A stretch of 64,000 nucleotides of DNA from Fimicolochytrium jonesii. Lineage: Eukaryota. The stretch spans positions 1,674,001 through 1,738,000 of the forward strand of contig NW_026515669.1 of assembly GCF_025526975.1 (NCBI RefSeq), read 5' to 3'. Below, in pieces: positions 10,528 to 23,323 of this stretch. Positions within the stretch are counted from its first letter, which is position 1; each line of letters opens with the position of its first letter. Under the pieces are notes generated by a model. It did not search any database, had not been told where the DNA came from, and saw only the letters and a program-made list of their open reading frames with translations. The position numbers and the translations under genes were made by a program.

Positions 10528-10896
10528 TCAAGCACGCATCAAACCAATTACAAACGTAGCCAAGATAAGCGGAACGCCGAGGATGGAGAACGCCATGTGG
10601 ACCAACGGCTCGCCGTACGAGACTGCGACGATCTTCCAGGTGACCGAGAGGAGGAAGAAGGTCCAGAAGAGGATCATAAGGGTTTGGGTTGCGCCGACTA
10701 GAGTGAATAGGTTCAGGTTAATGTAGGTATGACCGTGATAGGGCGATGATGGCAATTGGAAGTTTGTGAGGAAGACGTACCAGCAGAGATGAGGACAGCG
10801 GCCGGGAACAGCATCAAAAGCGAGTCCCGCCCAATTTCGGAGGCGCTCTGGAGCCTCGACGCCTAGAATCGTAAAGCCAAATGAGTCCACATTCAT
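10528..10896 (-). CDS. Hypothetical small membrane protein or exon(s) of one
   Basis: ORF with two hydrophobic C-terminal segments; no family recognised. Confidence 0.3.
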   Translation of the reverse strand: MNVDSFGFTILGVEAPERLRNWAGLAFDAVPGRCPHLCWYVFLTNFQLPSSPYHGHTYINLNLFTLVGATQTLMILFWTFFLLSVTWKIVAVSYGEPLVHMAFSILGVPLILATFVIGLMRA

Positions 10897-11875
10897 CGTT
10901 GGCGGCCGCTATCCTACGAGACGTACCCATGAGGTCTGAGCCGAGCGCTCAATTTCTTCGCCCATAGGCAGCTGCACGGAGGTAGGCGCGGCGCCGGCGC
11001 GAATGGCGCGGATGATGTGGAAAGCAACTTGTGCGAGCCACCTGTGAGAAGAAACCAAGCTTAGTCAGGGTGATCCGGAACTGATTGATCTTGTGGTAGT
11101 GAGCGACACCGCATACGAAGCCCGAGACAGCCGAGAGCTTGCATAGAACATGCTTGGCCCCCGGATTTCGATAAACGATCGCCATGCGCTCGCTAAATCG
11201 CAGGTTGAGAGCATTCCCCAACCTTCTGCCCATCACCCCCTGTTCTCAAAACTTACCAAACAAGAAACGAGAACAAGAACGCATACCAAACGCTCAGCGC
11301 ATGGTTGTTCAACGCAATGTCGTTTTCAGAGCGGGAGGCCATCATTCCTTTGTTTCTGTATGTCTTCCAGAGATCGAGTTTTATGTTTGAGCTTCGTGCT
11401 GGTCGTTTAGAGTCGAAGTCGGGTCTGAAGGTTTGTGGTCTTGAACGTGAGATATAGCAAGTTGGGCTGCTTTGAAACGGAACTGAAAAGTCGCAGTCCA
11501 TGAAGTTCGCGGAGGTTCCTAGCCCACCTCCACACTTTCTCCAGCAATGACGCACTTGTCGCAGTCTGCCCCGTCTTGGAGGGAGGGTTTGCCCAATGTG
11601 TGGGGATGATGGGGGGACGAGATCACGGTTGACGGCATGGGAACTGTCAAAACGCTGTCACTATGACTTGCAGCAGCCACGCCACAATTTCGCGCCTTCC
11701 ATCACGTATACCACAGTCATCACTCGCACTTCATATTGTTAGTATATATACAAGCGAGAAATACACCTTGCAAATAACATCAACCTAGTTTCCTACATGA
11801 ACGGAGGAGGACAATGAGCCTCTCAAGGAGGTAGGGGAGTCGGGTCGGATGATCTATAAAACATGGACAGAAGGC

Positions 11876-14126
11876 TCACTTCTCTCCCGCCTCGACGCCC
11901 TCCTCAGGCTTGTGCTGATGCTGCTCAAGCACAGCGACGGCCTCATCGACCTTGACCTTCAGAGCCGTTGTATCCTCAAGCAGATGCAGCAGCTCACTCT
12001 GATCCATCTCCAACAGCATGCCCGTGACTTTCCCGGCATGGACCGTCATGTCGTTTATCAGTGGGAACAAGTTTTCACCGAGTGTGCGCTTTTGCTGGTC
12101 TGGCGACATTTCAGCAAGGACCGCACTTGTTAGCGGTGTCTTAGCGGGAGCAGCTCCGTTAGGGGTGCTTTGAGCGCTTACGGGTCCGTTGCGCGGATGA
12201 GGGCCGTTGTATCTGTACGGGCCTGTGCGAGGTCCACGCCCAGGCTGCATGTATGCCATGCCAGGCTGACCTTGGGGAACGCCGTTGGGGTAAGCTTGTC
12301 GGGTATACTGAAATGATTGGGATGTCATGAGGTTAGGCCGTGTCCCAGGGGGACCTCGCTGCTGTTGCTGACGAGGTCGGGCGCCAATTTGCGGAGCAAA
12401 TTGCACGGGAAGCGGGCCAGGTTGCACCGCAGCGTAAGCGCCAACAGGGATTTGGGCTTGACCCGGTTGTGCGGGACCTTCCGAGCCAGGACCAGCCCAC
12501 CGACGCGAAGCCATGGGTGGAGGAGGGTATACCACCCCTGCTCGCGACGGATGAACCATGCCATGCGGTGGATAGAACGAGCCGGGATACGTGCCACCCA
12601 TTCCCATGGTTTGCTGCATGCGCATTTGTGTTCGTTGCAGCATTTGCGCATCGATATGCTGACGACGGACCTCCTTGCGTTGGGCAAGAGCGACGTAAAT
12701 GGGTTTGGAGCAAACGATGCGGGCGTTCATCTCTGTAACAGCCTTTGTCGCTTCTTCTGGAGAGGAGAAGCAAACAAAGCCGAATCCGCGGGGGGCGCCG
12801 GTCTTTTCGTCTCGCATGACCTTTGTCGAGGTAATGGTTCCGCATTCGGCGAATAATTGGCGGAGGCCCTCATCATCGATACTGTCATCGAGGTTCTTCA
12901 CATAGAGGTTGACGCCTTGATATTTGATCATTCTTTCTTCGCGAGCGCGATCAAACTTGCGACGTAGCTCCTCTTCGCGTTCGAACTTTTTCTGAGCACG
13001 GTTGACGTAAAGCTGCTGGCCGTTGACCTCTTTCTCGTGCATCTCTTCGACTGCCGCGCTGGCTTCCTCGTGCGTAGAGAAGTTGACGAACCCAAATCCA
13101 CGACCTTTGCCGTCTGGCTCACGAGCTACCGATGAAGACGTAATCTTCCCGAATTTTGCAAACAGTTGCTCAAATTCCTCGTCGGTGATCGAGTCGGTGA
13201 GGCCCTTCACGTATAGGTTGGTAAATTTCGCCCGCTGCTCTTCAAGTCTGTTCAGGCGTTCCTTCTTCGGGATGTGATATCCCACAAAGCTGGAAGAGAA
13301 GGGAAGAGTCAGGGTTAGAGACTGCTCATAGGGATGTTCGACGGTATGATGCACATCACGCTTACACTTTACGTTCGTTGAGCAGCATTCCATTGAGGTT
13401 TCTGATAGCTTCATCGGCCGACTCGGATTCCTCAAAGTGCACAAATCCGTAGCCGCGCGACTTTTCACCGTCCATGGCAACCTTGCAGCTCAAGATCGGT
13501 CCAAAAGTGGTAAACACTTCGTGAAGCGCACGGGTATCAATCAACGGGTCCAAGTTCGAGATAAATATGTTTCCGGCGCCTGATCTGCGTGACGCTGGAT
13601 CCCTTTGGGACCACATGAGGCGCATAGGGCGGTCCTTGATAGGAGCATAGTTCAACGCCTCCAAAGCCCGTTCCGCGTCCGCAACCTCATGGAAGTTGAC
13701 GTACGCGTAGCCCAGGGAACGGCGAGTCACAGCATCACGGCAGACGCGAATGGAGGTGACGGGACCGATTGCATTGAACGCCTCGAACAGCTGTGCTTCC
13801 GTGACAGACGCATCTGTCGCAAAAAGGGGAGTCAGAATCCGACGTACGCGTTCCAGCTCCGCCTATAATTTCCAGAAAATACCTAGATCGCCCACATACA
13901 GACTGGCTGTGGCAGGTGTAGGACGTTCGAGGTCGGACGGAGCTGCGCCATTGGGGAGTTGGGCAAGAGAGGCGGGTTGCGGGAAAGCATTGGCAGTACC
14001 AGGCTCAGCAGCAGCAGCAGCGGCGGTCACATCGGCTGCCTTCGTGGGAGCGACGCGTTGCGCAGGAATTTGGGTCTCAGTGGGAATGGCGAGAGAGACT
14101 TTCTCGGGAGCAGCTGTAGCGGCCAT
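11876..14126 (-). CDS. PAB1: Cytoplasmic poly(A)-binding protein (4 RRM + MLLE); exons ~14126-13883, 13813-13366, 13289-11876
   Basis: [66 protein letters not shown] and the C-terminal [12 protein letters not shown]. Two GT-AG introns join the frames. Confidence 0.98.
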
Positions 14127-14857
14127 GTTTTTCGAATTTTTTTCCGAGGAGTTTTGAGAAGGAGGTACCGTTACTGTCTGCGTAACCGAAATATTGTTTA
14201 GGGGCAATTGCGGGTTCAGAAGAGCCTGCTTGCTCGAAGACAACGTACCGGGACGAAAATTGCGGATCAACCGAGGACTTTGCGGGCGCGAAGGAATAGA
14301 AGAGAGCTTCACAATTAAGGAGTCTCTTCACGCAAAACTCGATGAAGGGGTTTCCGGATTGTCCAACTCAGCAAGATTTGGGCAGGTTTCCCCGTTGCGG
14401 TTTCTGTTCCGCTGGATTTTTTTTTTCTATGCTTTTAAGAAGAAATATGGAGAAGGCGAAGGCCGTTTTCGTAAACTTTTGGAAAGCAAAGAGTCCCAAA
14501 GTTGCAGAAGACGAGCTGGGGGTTTTTTGTTGGTTTTTTTGGGGGATTAAGCCAAGGGATGGAGCAGGCACCAGAGCAGTCCCCTCTAGATCTAGCAGCC
14601 TGTGGAATATCACCAGCGACTCACGTGTAAAATATGCCGTCGCGACTTTCGGACACTTCGGACACCCCACGCAAGCAGGCATCAGGCAGATCGGAGAGAA
14701 GGGAGAACGAAAGCTTTGCAAAAAAGGACTTCATGTACTGTATGTGCAGTATTATTGAGGTATATGGGTGTCGCTAAAGAGACAGAATGCCAAAGGAAAG
14801 AGAGATTCATATACAAAGTGGGATGGGAAGATTATCATCGCTTCGTTATATCGATAT

Positions 14858-15664
14858 CTAGTTCCCGATGGTAACCGCTTTGTTGACCCATTTGGTCTTC
14901 TCGGCGCCTACGCACTGGGTTGCAATGAAATGGCCAATGTCGAGACGACTGACGGTATACGAGACTAGGTGCTCGTCCACTCTGTATTTCTCAGTCAGGT
15001 CGCCGTTCGTGAGAAAGGCTGGGCGCACCAGAATGAATTCCCGCAACCTCCACTCGTCTGCGGACGCAATGTGTGTGAGCCCATCCTGCTGCAAGTCCTT
15101 TTCGACTTCGGGGTCAATGTGAGGGAGACCAGCCGCGTGGAAAACGGTGCCTTCCAACTTGATCTTGTCAGCATGCGGGTGGTGCAGCATCCACGAGTAC
15201 ATAGGCCTCATCACCAGTGGTAGTTCCCGGTGTCCAATCGGCCCCAACCCACTCGATGAGACAGCCACCAGGCGGGCGTGAACGCCGGTCTGTTCGGATT
15301 GCTCACGAAGCAGTGGGATGATGTTGCTGATGCATCGCTCGGTGATTTTGGCGGGGACGATCGGAGGTCTGAAAGGGTTCTGCTTGAAGTCCAAATTACG
15401 ACTGCCGATGCTGAAGATGACGGTGTCGACGGGAGCGCCAATGCTTTGGAACGCCGTTCGTACACTCTCGATGTCGAAGCAGTCGCCGGATACGGTCTTG
15501 ACTCGGTCGTTGCCCTTGAGGCGTTCGTCGAGCCCTTCCGGGTTGCGTAGGAATAGAGTGAGGTAGTTGACGGGATCCTGGAGGAGGAAAACGGCCGCTT
15601 CCAGGCCGCAGCCGCGGGATGCGCCGAAGAAAAGGATGTGCTTGATGGTTGTGTCGTTGGTCAT
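14858..15664 (-). CDS. NAD(P)-binding Rossmann-fold protein (flavin reductase/BLVRB-like atypical SDR)
   Basis: ILFFGASRGCG, VSGD, LVAVSSSG, HADKIKLE, ILVRPAFLTNG, VSRLDIGHFI. Confidence 0.9.
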   Translation of the reverse strand: MTNDTTIKHILFFGASRGCGLEAAVFLLQDPVNYLTLFLRNPEGLDERLKGNDRVKTVSGDCFDIESVRTAFQSIGAPVDTVIFSIGSRNLDFKQNPFRPPIVPAKITERCISNIIPLLREQSEQTGVHARLVAVSSSGLGPIGHRELPLVMRPMYSWMLHHPHADKIKLEGTVFHAAGLPHIDPEVEKDLQQDGLTHIASADEWRLREFILVRPAFLTNGDLTEKYRVDEHLVSYTVSRLDIGHFIATQCVGAEKTKWVNKAVTIGN

Positions 15665-16281
15665 ATCGTTCAATTCAGCGCTGGTTGAGGGTATTGAAAG
15701 GCGGCTTTTGAAGAGTATACCGGACGCAGTGTGTGTTTGATGTGTTTGCTAGCCGATGCTTTTGCGAGTGTTGATGGTGAGAACAGGAACTCCGCAAATC
15801 CTTCGTTCCTTTTATAGCCGGCAGACTCTAGGAACTAGATCCAAAACTGGGCGAGGGAGGCTCTTGGGCACAGCGGCTTCAGCGCCGCCGGAACCCGCCA
15901 ACAATCGCTTCACCCCGATACGTTCGTTGTTAAGTGCTCCGCCCACGCCAAACGCAAGGGGAAAACGACAAGCCCAGCTCCATCTCTCCGAGTGAATATT
16001 TACCAGACCCCGCTTAGCGCTATTGCAATCGATGACCGATATGGACCGATAAATTGCCACCATATGCGGACCGCAAGCTGAGAGCCGCTCAGCGGGATCG
16101 CCGGATCTACGAGCCCAGGATTGCTCCCATATGCGTATGCGGCAAGCTGAGAATCGTGGACTTTGAACATGAATCACAACCCGCCGTCACCCTTGTGCGT
16201 GGAGCCACGTTCCACGCGTCACCCAAATTCGACGCGGCGGTGGCAGTTGGCGAACGGAAGCGGACCTGGAAAGCTTGTCTA

Positions 16282-16350
16282 CAGTAGGCTGCCAGATATC
16301 TCACATGTGGCTCAACTACCCGTCCTAACGAGATATCTGGCAGCCTACTG
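16282..16350. mobile_element. 69-bp mini-MITE, same TIR family as 6758/8977
   Basis: Perfect 21-bp inverted repeat CAGTAGGCTGCCAGATATCTC (16282-16302 / 16330-16350). Flanks are TA / TG. Confidence 0.85.
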
Positions 16351-17751
16351 TGCTATACTGTACAAGCTTAGGGCCTTCAGAGATCTGAATGTATAGGACC
16401 ACCTACAAACCTCCACCGTCCAAGCGGAAGTGCCACATAATGCGGGGCTCAGCTCAGCGAGGGGCGGGAGGGAATTGCCGGGCGGGTGCGGCCTTGGCAC
16501 GGCACATCGACCGGTATGGCGTAAAGAAGGAAAGCGGATTGTTGCCACGTCAATTGCTCATTATTGCAGGAGATTGTTGCTCAGGAAGAAGATGGTGTAC
16601 GACCAAGAAGTGGATGCACTGGGTTTCGACAAGCATTGTATATTTCGGAATATGGGACCGAGCTCGGCGCCCCTACGCCAGTGATGAGGAGGAAGTTGAA
16701 GCGTGTCCTTCGATGTACCGCATATGTCGCAATGCATGGTCGTTAAACGGCTCGGTCTTTACATATGCGGTGCAAGCGACGCATTACGGGAAAGTGCTCG
16801 CTGAACGTACGGGGGACATTTTGGTCGAGGGGAAAGACTGCGGGAGACCCGTGCCAAAGAAGGTCTGCTTGGATTCCACTTTTATCTCACCACCTCTTGC
16901 AGTTGTCACCCTTCGCAGACCTCTACGTGGACCGCAGGGAATCATAGGCCTGGAGACGAGCACCGTTGCGGTTTTGGCCTCTATATCCGTCTGCATCAGA
17001 TTGGAATTCAGTTGTGCGTGAGCTCACCACGGATACCTCCACGCGTTATCGGAGACGAGTAACTTACGTCTTCGTGCGCAAAGACACGCTGCGGGTGCCG
17101 ACCGCTCCTGCCCACCCCGTTGATACGCAAAATGAGGACCCGCCCAGCCCGCATGAACTATGATCGGAGAACAGCATCATATACTTCAGCGTGCCCCAAC
17201 ACGACTCTTTGAAAGATTCAGACGTACAGTACATATTCGTACACCGCGCCCGTTTGTAAGCTTTTCCGCTGTTCGGCAAGAGGCTCTTAACTAACTTGCC
17301 CGACGGCCTTGTTACGGGAGCGCGTGGGTTGTGCATTCTGCGACCAACTCGTCCCTACCGTGAGAACATAAACCCTACCTGTGAGCGCTACATCAGATGG
17401 ATTCACCACAATACCAAAACATCAAAAAAACAGAATGGTCATGTGTGGGACGTGTGAGAGACATAGACTGACGACGGGGATGCTTCACACGCTATACAGC
17501 TCTATCTGTAATCTATGGAAGATTGTATCCCATCATTAGATGCTATTCCCGACGAACGTCCAGGGTCCCATTGAACGCTGAACCCTAAGCGACGCGAACG
17601 AGGCACCTATAATCTTCCTGAAGCTGTCCCCGTTTGAAGCACTATCCACCTTCCCCACATGCAGCTATTTGCCATCCAATCCCCTCCTCGATCGCCATAA
17701 TCTCCCTGCAAAGGTCGTCGCAAAAGAAAAAGAAGAACGCAGGAACAGAAC

Positions 17752-19806
17752 CTAAGAATTCTGCTGCCGCCCCACCATAAACGAAATACGCCGATCAAAA
17801 AGACTAAATACAGAAGGCGGCGATGCAGGCCGCCCATGGCTTCCGTCTCGGTTCCTGAACGCGCGCCCGTTGCGTTCGCCTATAACGCTAGGCATCACTT
17901 TGGCGGCGGGCGGGGGCGAGAACCCTGGCGGAGGCGGGACCGTTGGTGTCTTTGTTGTTGGTGTGCTCGATGGTATGAAGGGCTTGGCGGTTATGAACTG
18001 GGCCATGGGTATTCCTGTGCGAGGAGGTTTTGCCGTTTCCGGCGTGACGACTGGGTTGGTCGGCTTGGGGGCTTCGGTGACGTGGTCGGCCCACCCGGTG
18101 GGCTGAGGGCGGAATCCGAAATCCAAGCCGCTTTCGAACGGACTGTACCATTGTTGATCGGTATGGAGCGCATCCGACTCGGGGCTCCTCACATCCGCCA
18201 CGCTTCTCGGCGGCATGGAGTCTGCCATCATGTACGGGGAGCGAACGGTATGCTTGACTTGTAAGTCCCGCTCGTGATCATAGAAACGTACTCCGTTCAA
18301 CGAAGGTCGCCTTTGCTGAGCCTGATGTCGAGACTCCAACAATACGTCTTCATAGCTGGGTGGTGGCGGTGAAGGCGAGACACTCCGGGACTTCTTGGTT
18401 GTCAAGGCGGGCCAAGTCGCATTCTGTTTGATGTTGTTGAACGAGGATGGTTTGTCTTCGGCAGCATTGGCCAGTGGTGATTTGCTGACGAGCGATGGGC
18501 GTGTTTGTGGAGATGTGATGGATGTAGAGTACAGGGTGTTTGGTTTGTGGGGTATGATGGTTGATGTGCGTGGGCCTGGGGGTGACGGTGTGGAAACGCT
18601 TCGATTGTGTGCATTTGCTGACGTTTTGCTCTGATTCACATTGATGTTCGATGAATGGCCGATGTGGTTCTGCGATGCGTTGCTGTTATCAGCCGGCTTA
18701 GCGGATTTGGTTGGGAGATCTTTGCCAACGGGTGACACTGATGTACGATTGTGCGCTTCTATAGTGGTCTCGTTGCTCGCGACAGGCGGTTTCGGCTGCT
18801 TAGACGCTCTTTTCTCCTTCGCAATGCGCGATGGAGCGGTTCCCGTTGCCGACGACTGCGCATCACGATGCGGTACATCGCTAGCACTGTTCTCAATCAG
18901 GGGATCGGAAGATACATGTCGACGATGACGGTTCTTTTTCCGTGATGACGATGACGAAGACGGCGGTACGAGAGCTCTTCGTGAATCCGGATTTGTGCGC
19001 GTTTCTCTATCTGCCGACTTGGCAGCACTGTCGCTGGCCAATGACTGCGTATTTAAAGGCGTATCTCCAGCCACGACAATGTCCACCGATGGCGAAGTCA
19101 CATTTACTGAAGGGTCGTTAGGTGAGAAAGGAGAGAAGCTTGATTTTGCATCGTCAACTTCCCCTTCTTCCATTGACTCCGCTCCATCAACCATGGAGTC
19201 GTTGGGGTTTTCAAACAAGCGCTGGCCTCTCAAGGGCCACGTCCCGCTCTGGGTTCGTATCGAGGATGTTGCCGTTAGGTGTCCGTTTTGCCTCCTTACT
19301 ACGGAGGCAGTTGAGTGAGGATCAAATTTCGATTTAGGAGGTGGTGTAACTGGGTCAATGCTGAGAATGTGGGATGCTTTCGATATCGATAATCTCCGTA
19401 GTTGTGTTGCACATGCTTTGAAAGAAGTCTTCTCGAAGAAATGGAACAACAGTAATTAATAATCCTAGTCTGATGGAAAATCGGAATTGCTTCGCCAGAT
19501 TGAAGAAACACCCACCATAATGGCACCGTGTGCATAAATCCCCACGAATGCAACCAGGAGTGTCACTGGAGCCCACCACCAACGCCGCCATCGACTGGAG
19601 TAGCCGACCGCTCCTTCGAACGATGAGGTGACGGGCAGACCAAGATCTTCGCCATGAATGTTGTGGTGCGCATGGGATCCCGCGGAAGCTTGCGGCATGA
19701 TCAACGAAAGCAGTGACGCAAAGCAAAAGAGAGCCACCATCGTCTGCTGAATGTGGCAGCGGGTGCGTCCTTCTCTAGTGCCTCTCCTCGTCATTGTGGC
19801 ATTCAC
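17752..19806 (-). CDS. Hypothetical protein: hydrophobic N-terminal exon(s) plus long S/P/T-rich disordered region
   Basis: 565-aa ORF 17752..19449 preceded by ORF 19465..19806 with signal/TM-like segments. Splice junctions not resolved. Confidence 0.6.
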
Positions 19807-20550
19807 GCAGAAGTCTTCGGGGTTGGTGATCGGCGTAGTCCCTCGTTTTCGGCAGGAAACGGTGGAATGAGGAGCCGAGTCGTCGCCGTGATCGCAAGCC
19901 GATGGCGACTGGGGGTCTTCAGATAAATAAGCGGAGCTGAGCAGAACCCTCGGTAGCTAAACCCTTCTTCGGCAGGGTCCAGTACGTAGAGTAATGTCTG
20001 CAGGAAAAAAGTTTCCGTCAAAATCCAGGGAGTCCCTTTTCCGTGTTCCTTCTTCTAGGGTTCTTGTATTTTTGTTGTCCTCGCGCAGCACTCCTTCGCG
20101 ACCGTCACTGGAGGAGGATACCGTGCACAAGACACAAAACCCAGTCCTTTGTGCTCTCCTTTTTGTTCACGCTGTCCCACCTCAATGTGCATGCCATCAG
20201 GATTCAGGCATTGTGAATGTTCCTTTCCTCTCCCGACGCGCATATGGCAGTGGTCCAAGTCCCATCGCCGGGCGTCGGACGGCGAGTTGGGGCCGACATC
20301 CGAGTCTAAACCAGCATACCGCTGCTCCGGCTCCTTTGTGGAATGCCTGCGTGCCAGATGCACGGGTAAAAAGAAACGCAAAAGAGACACTTGGACTGTT
20401 GGACATGCTGTTTTTGCGAGTACTACAGCACTGTGGGTACCGGAGAACTTGTGATCATTGGCTTCCGTGGGGAGTTGCCTGATGGAAACCTGCAAATTTT
20501 GACCTGCCCACGCGAGAGAGCGTCTGGAGGCTCGCTTTTACATAAAGCGG

Positions 20551-20560
20551 GTCACGTGAC
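20551..20560. promoter_or_regulatory. Palindromic extended E-box GTCACGTGAC (Cbf1/USF-type bHLH site)
   Basis: Perfect 10-bp palindrome ~250 bp upstream of the ATG at 20810, in a divergent intergenic region. Confidence 0.45.
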
Positions 20561-20809
20561 CTACCACTGTGGAGTGTAAACGCTCCGAGGTCCTGGAAGA
20601 CAGACGAAGCCTCTAAATACAGTACAACGGCGAGGCGGTGGGAAGGTGGGGATAATATGCAACGATGGCTTTCAATAAGTCTCAGTCTTCAATGTAACCG
20701 GCGGTTGCAAACGCGCGTATTGCACGTGCCCAGCTCGTCGGTGCATGTTGAAATGGGTTGCGCTGGCAGTCCACTTGTCAAATGTAAATAATAAAGCATC
20801 TCGCGAACA

Positions 20810-21632
20810 ATGTCATCAGCAGCAACAGAAGGGCAGACTTATCAGCTCGACTTGGGTAAGCGGGACCAGCAGCGCTCCTCTCCTCCTCCCCTTCACTCCA
20901 TGAAATTGTATACTTACGCAGGGACTCCCACTCAGGCCATCAAGAAATCGAGCGCATTGTGGACGAGCTAGAAAAGATCTACAGGTCAACACCCGGAAAC
21001 GACCACTGGCTCCCTGCCGAAAACGTGGCCCAGCTCCTCTGCACCCAACTAGGCTACGAGGATGTCGACGAGTTCGAGGCCTCGTTGGAGGGCAACTTCT
21101 CCGACTTTCTCAAAGTGATACCACTGGTGGAAACGAAAACAGACGACACTGGGAGACTCGTCTTCCGCTTCAAGCCGGAAGTGCCTCAGTCGGAATGGGT
21201 GGCCAGACGATGGACGTTAAGGATTACGGACAGGTCGCAGTTGTGGTGGGTGCTGTACAAATCGCCACACGCACGGATAGAGATCCCGGAACTCGAGTTT
21301 GAGATTTCGGCGGATGGCAATAGGCGGATCGACACCTTATACGTAAGTTCATGGACTAGGCCCCAACGCTTCTCCAGTTCAGGGATCTCACACTTTCGCA
21401 TCGCCAGAACCATATCGGCGCGGCAGTCTTCAACCTAACAGAGCACATCCGAGGCTCGGACTTACCCCCAGACCAGCAAGAGAAGACGTTGGACTGCATC
21501 CAGGGCCTCGAAACGATCCTGGATGTGGATAAGCCTTTCACTATCGTTGTGCATGATCCGTCTGGGCTGAGCGACTTTTCGAACACGAAGGATTTGGAGG
21601 CTGAGTATGGGATGACTATGACGTTCGATTAG
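20810..21632 (+). CDS. ZPR1-related protein lacking zinc fingers; exons 20810-20855, 20936-21342, 21408-21632
   Basis: TLRITDRSQL..VLYKSPHARIEIPELEFEI...IDT...KPFTIVVHDPSGLS matches the ZPR1 post-finger domain. Two GT-AG introns keep the frame. Confidence 0.75.
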
Positions 21633-21878
21633 CGTACCTCTCGCTCACAGATGGGTTATGTAGAGATGGGGAGTACCCTTTGAAGACTGGGATACACAGA
21701 ATGCGGAGGCGATAGATAGAACTTAGCCACTAGCATGCTAGCATAGCTACGAGCCTTCAGAGATTTCACTTGCATGTCGGCCGACGTGAGGTCTCAAAGG
21801 GGAGAAAACTCATGGAATCAAATGTTGGATGTGATGCCAAAGATGAAGAACCTCCCAGCAAACACTTTGTAAAATTAC

Positions 21879-22829
21879 TCATTGAACCGCTGTTCCAAAA
21901 TATTCCGCCCGAAAGGAACCACTCAAGTGTTCGTCCGATTTCGGGTCATTTCGACCCTGGTCCTCGCCAGAGATCTTTTCAATATTTAACCTAACGCCGA
22001 GGTGATCCGATACGTATCCGGACCCTCCTCCCAGTTCCATCACCGTGTCCCCAAACACAGCGATCCCCTTCATCTCATACGTGGGATGTGAACCAGCCTT
22101 CCAGTAAAACCTATCAAATCGCGCCGGAGGGTATTTGTCGGAGGGATAATTTACGCCAATTGTATGCCCAGGCGCATCCAAACCCCGAACAGTCAGCCAC
22201 GCATCCTTCCAACCCCCGCCAACAAACGCCAGATCCTCGTCTGGATTCGAGAAATTGAAGTCCCCGCATACAATGGAGAACTGGTACCCCTCAGACATTC
22301 CGAGGACCTTATCGAGTTCGAGAACCTGTTCTTTCCGTACAGGTGCAGAATCCCGCAAGCTGTCCAAATGAACCGTCGCGATAACCGCCCTAGCCGACGC
22401 CGACAGACACACTGTCACACACAGAAGGTTTCTCCCCATCCCCGTCGGAAGCGGATATATCTCAACCCCCTCCATCGGCAGCCGCGAAAGGATAACAACC
22501 CCATAACGCCCCAGCGTCCGTCCCGTCGCGTCCGTCGTGTAGTACTCGCCTCGGACAAATGGGTCGCTCAGCAAGATCTGGAGCCCGCGCCCGGTGACTT
22601 CTTGCAGGCAGATGATGTCGGCGGAATGGTCGCGTAGGAGGGTGAGGAGGCCGGACATACGGTGGTCGAAGAGAGAGCGGTCGGTGGGGGAGGGGTCAAA
22701 TACTGTTCCGCCTTTAAAACAGACGTTGTAGGTTAGGATTCGCATGGCATCTGGCGACTTGGACTCTGTGAGATTTGAGAGGGGAGGAGCAGGTCTCCAT
22801 GCGTCGTTGGTGAAGCGGTAGGAGTGCAT
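21879..22829 (-). CDS. Endonuclease/exonuclease/phosphatase (EEP) family, TDP2-like
   Basis: ILTYNV, DIICLQEVT, YGVVILSRLP, TGMGRNLL, ATVHLDS, VCGDFN, ARFDR, SDHLGV. The 3' end may be spliced. Confidence 0.88.
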   Translation of the reverse strand: MHSYRFTNDAWRPAPPLSNLTESKSPDAMRILTYNVCFKGGTVFDPSPTDRSLFDHRMSGLLTLLRDHSADIICLQEVTGRGLQILLSDPFVRGEYYTTDATGRTLGRYGVVILSRLPMEGVEIYPLPTGMGRNLLCVTVCLSASARAVIATVHLDSLRDSAPVRKEQVLELDKVLGMSEGYQFSIVCGDFNFSNPDEDLAFVGGGWKDAWLTVRGLDAPGHTIGVNYPSDKYPPARFDRFYWKAGSHPTYEMKGIAVFGDTVMELGGGSGYVSDHLGVRLNIEKISGEDQGRNDPKSDEHLSGSFRAEYFGTAVQ

Positions 22830-23323
22830 CGTTGCTGTCACAGGATGCACGCCAAGACTCAATGCGTGCAAGGAAGATGCGATTACGCTTGTTGCGTTGT
22901 GAGAGTTTGCACTGTACGCCGTATGACGAAGACCATCTCGCCAACCTGTTTATCCTGCGACTCCGAGTTGGGCGACGATGGGGCTGCCTGGCAGTGCTGC
23001 TGGCAGTGCCTGCATCTCTCTGTTTCTCAACGCGTTCATGACGCCTGTCTGCAGTGCGAGAACTTGCTCACAAAATCTGTTGTTTGATATACCGCATCTT
23101 ATCGATGTCAAATGGAGCCATGAAGACAGTAATGCGTATGTTTTGATCAGACATCCATTAAGTATCAAGTAAAGTAGAAAATGTATCCTATATACAGCGA
23201 AAAAGTCCGGAGTCCAGCTTCAAGCGGGATGAATGGGGGGGAATCAAGCAAGAAAGTGCACCACACATATCCCAATCCCAGTGTATATACGCGACACGAA
23301 CCCAAAAAGGTGTCACATGCGCA

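Noticed and set aside
16389..17021. 210-aa plus-strand ORF
   Set aside because: No recognisable motifs or protein-like composition; probably spurious or decayed sequence.
17965..18005. FITAKPFIP as a PAM2 motif near PAB1
   Set aside because: Only a partial match to the LNxxAxEFxP consensus, and gene adjacency is not evidence.
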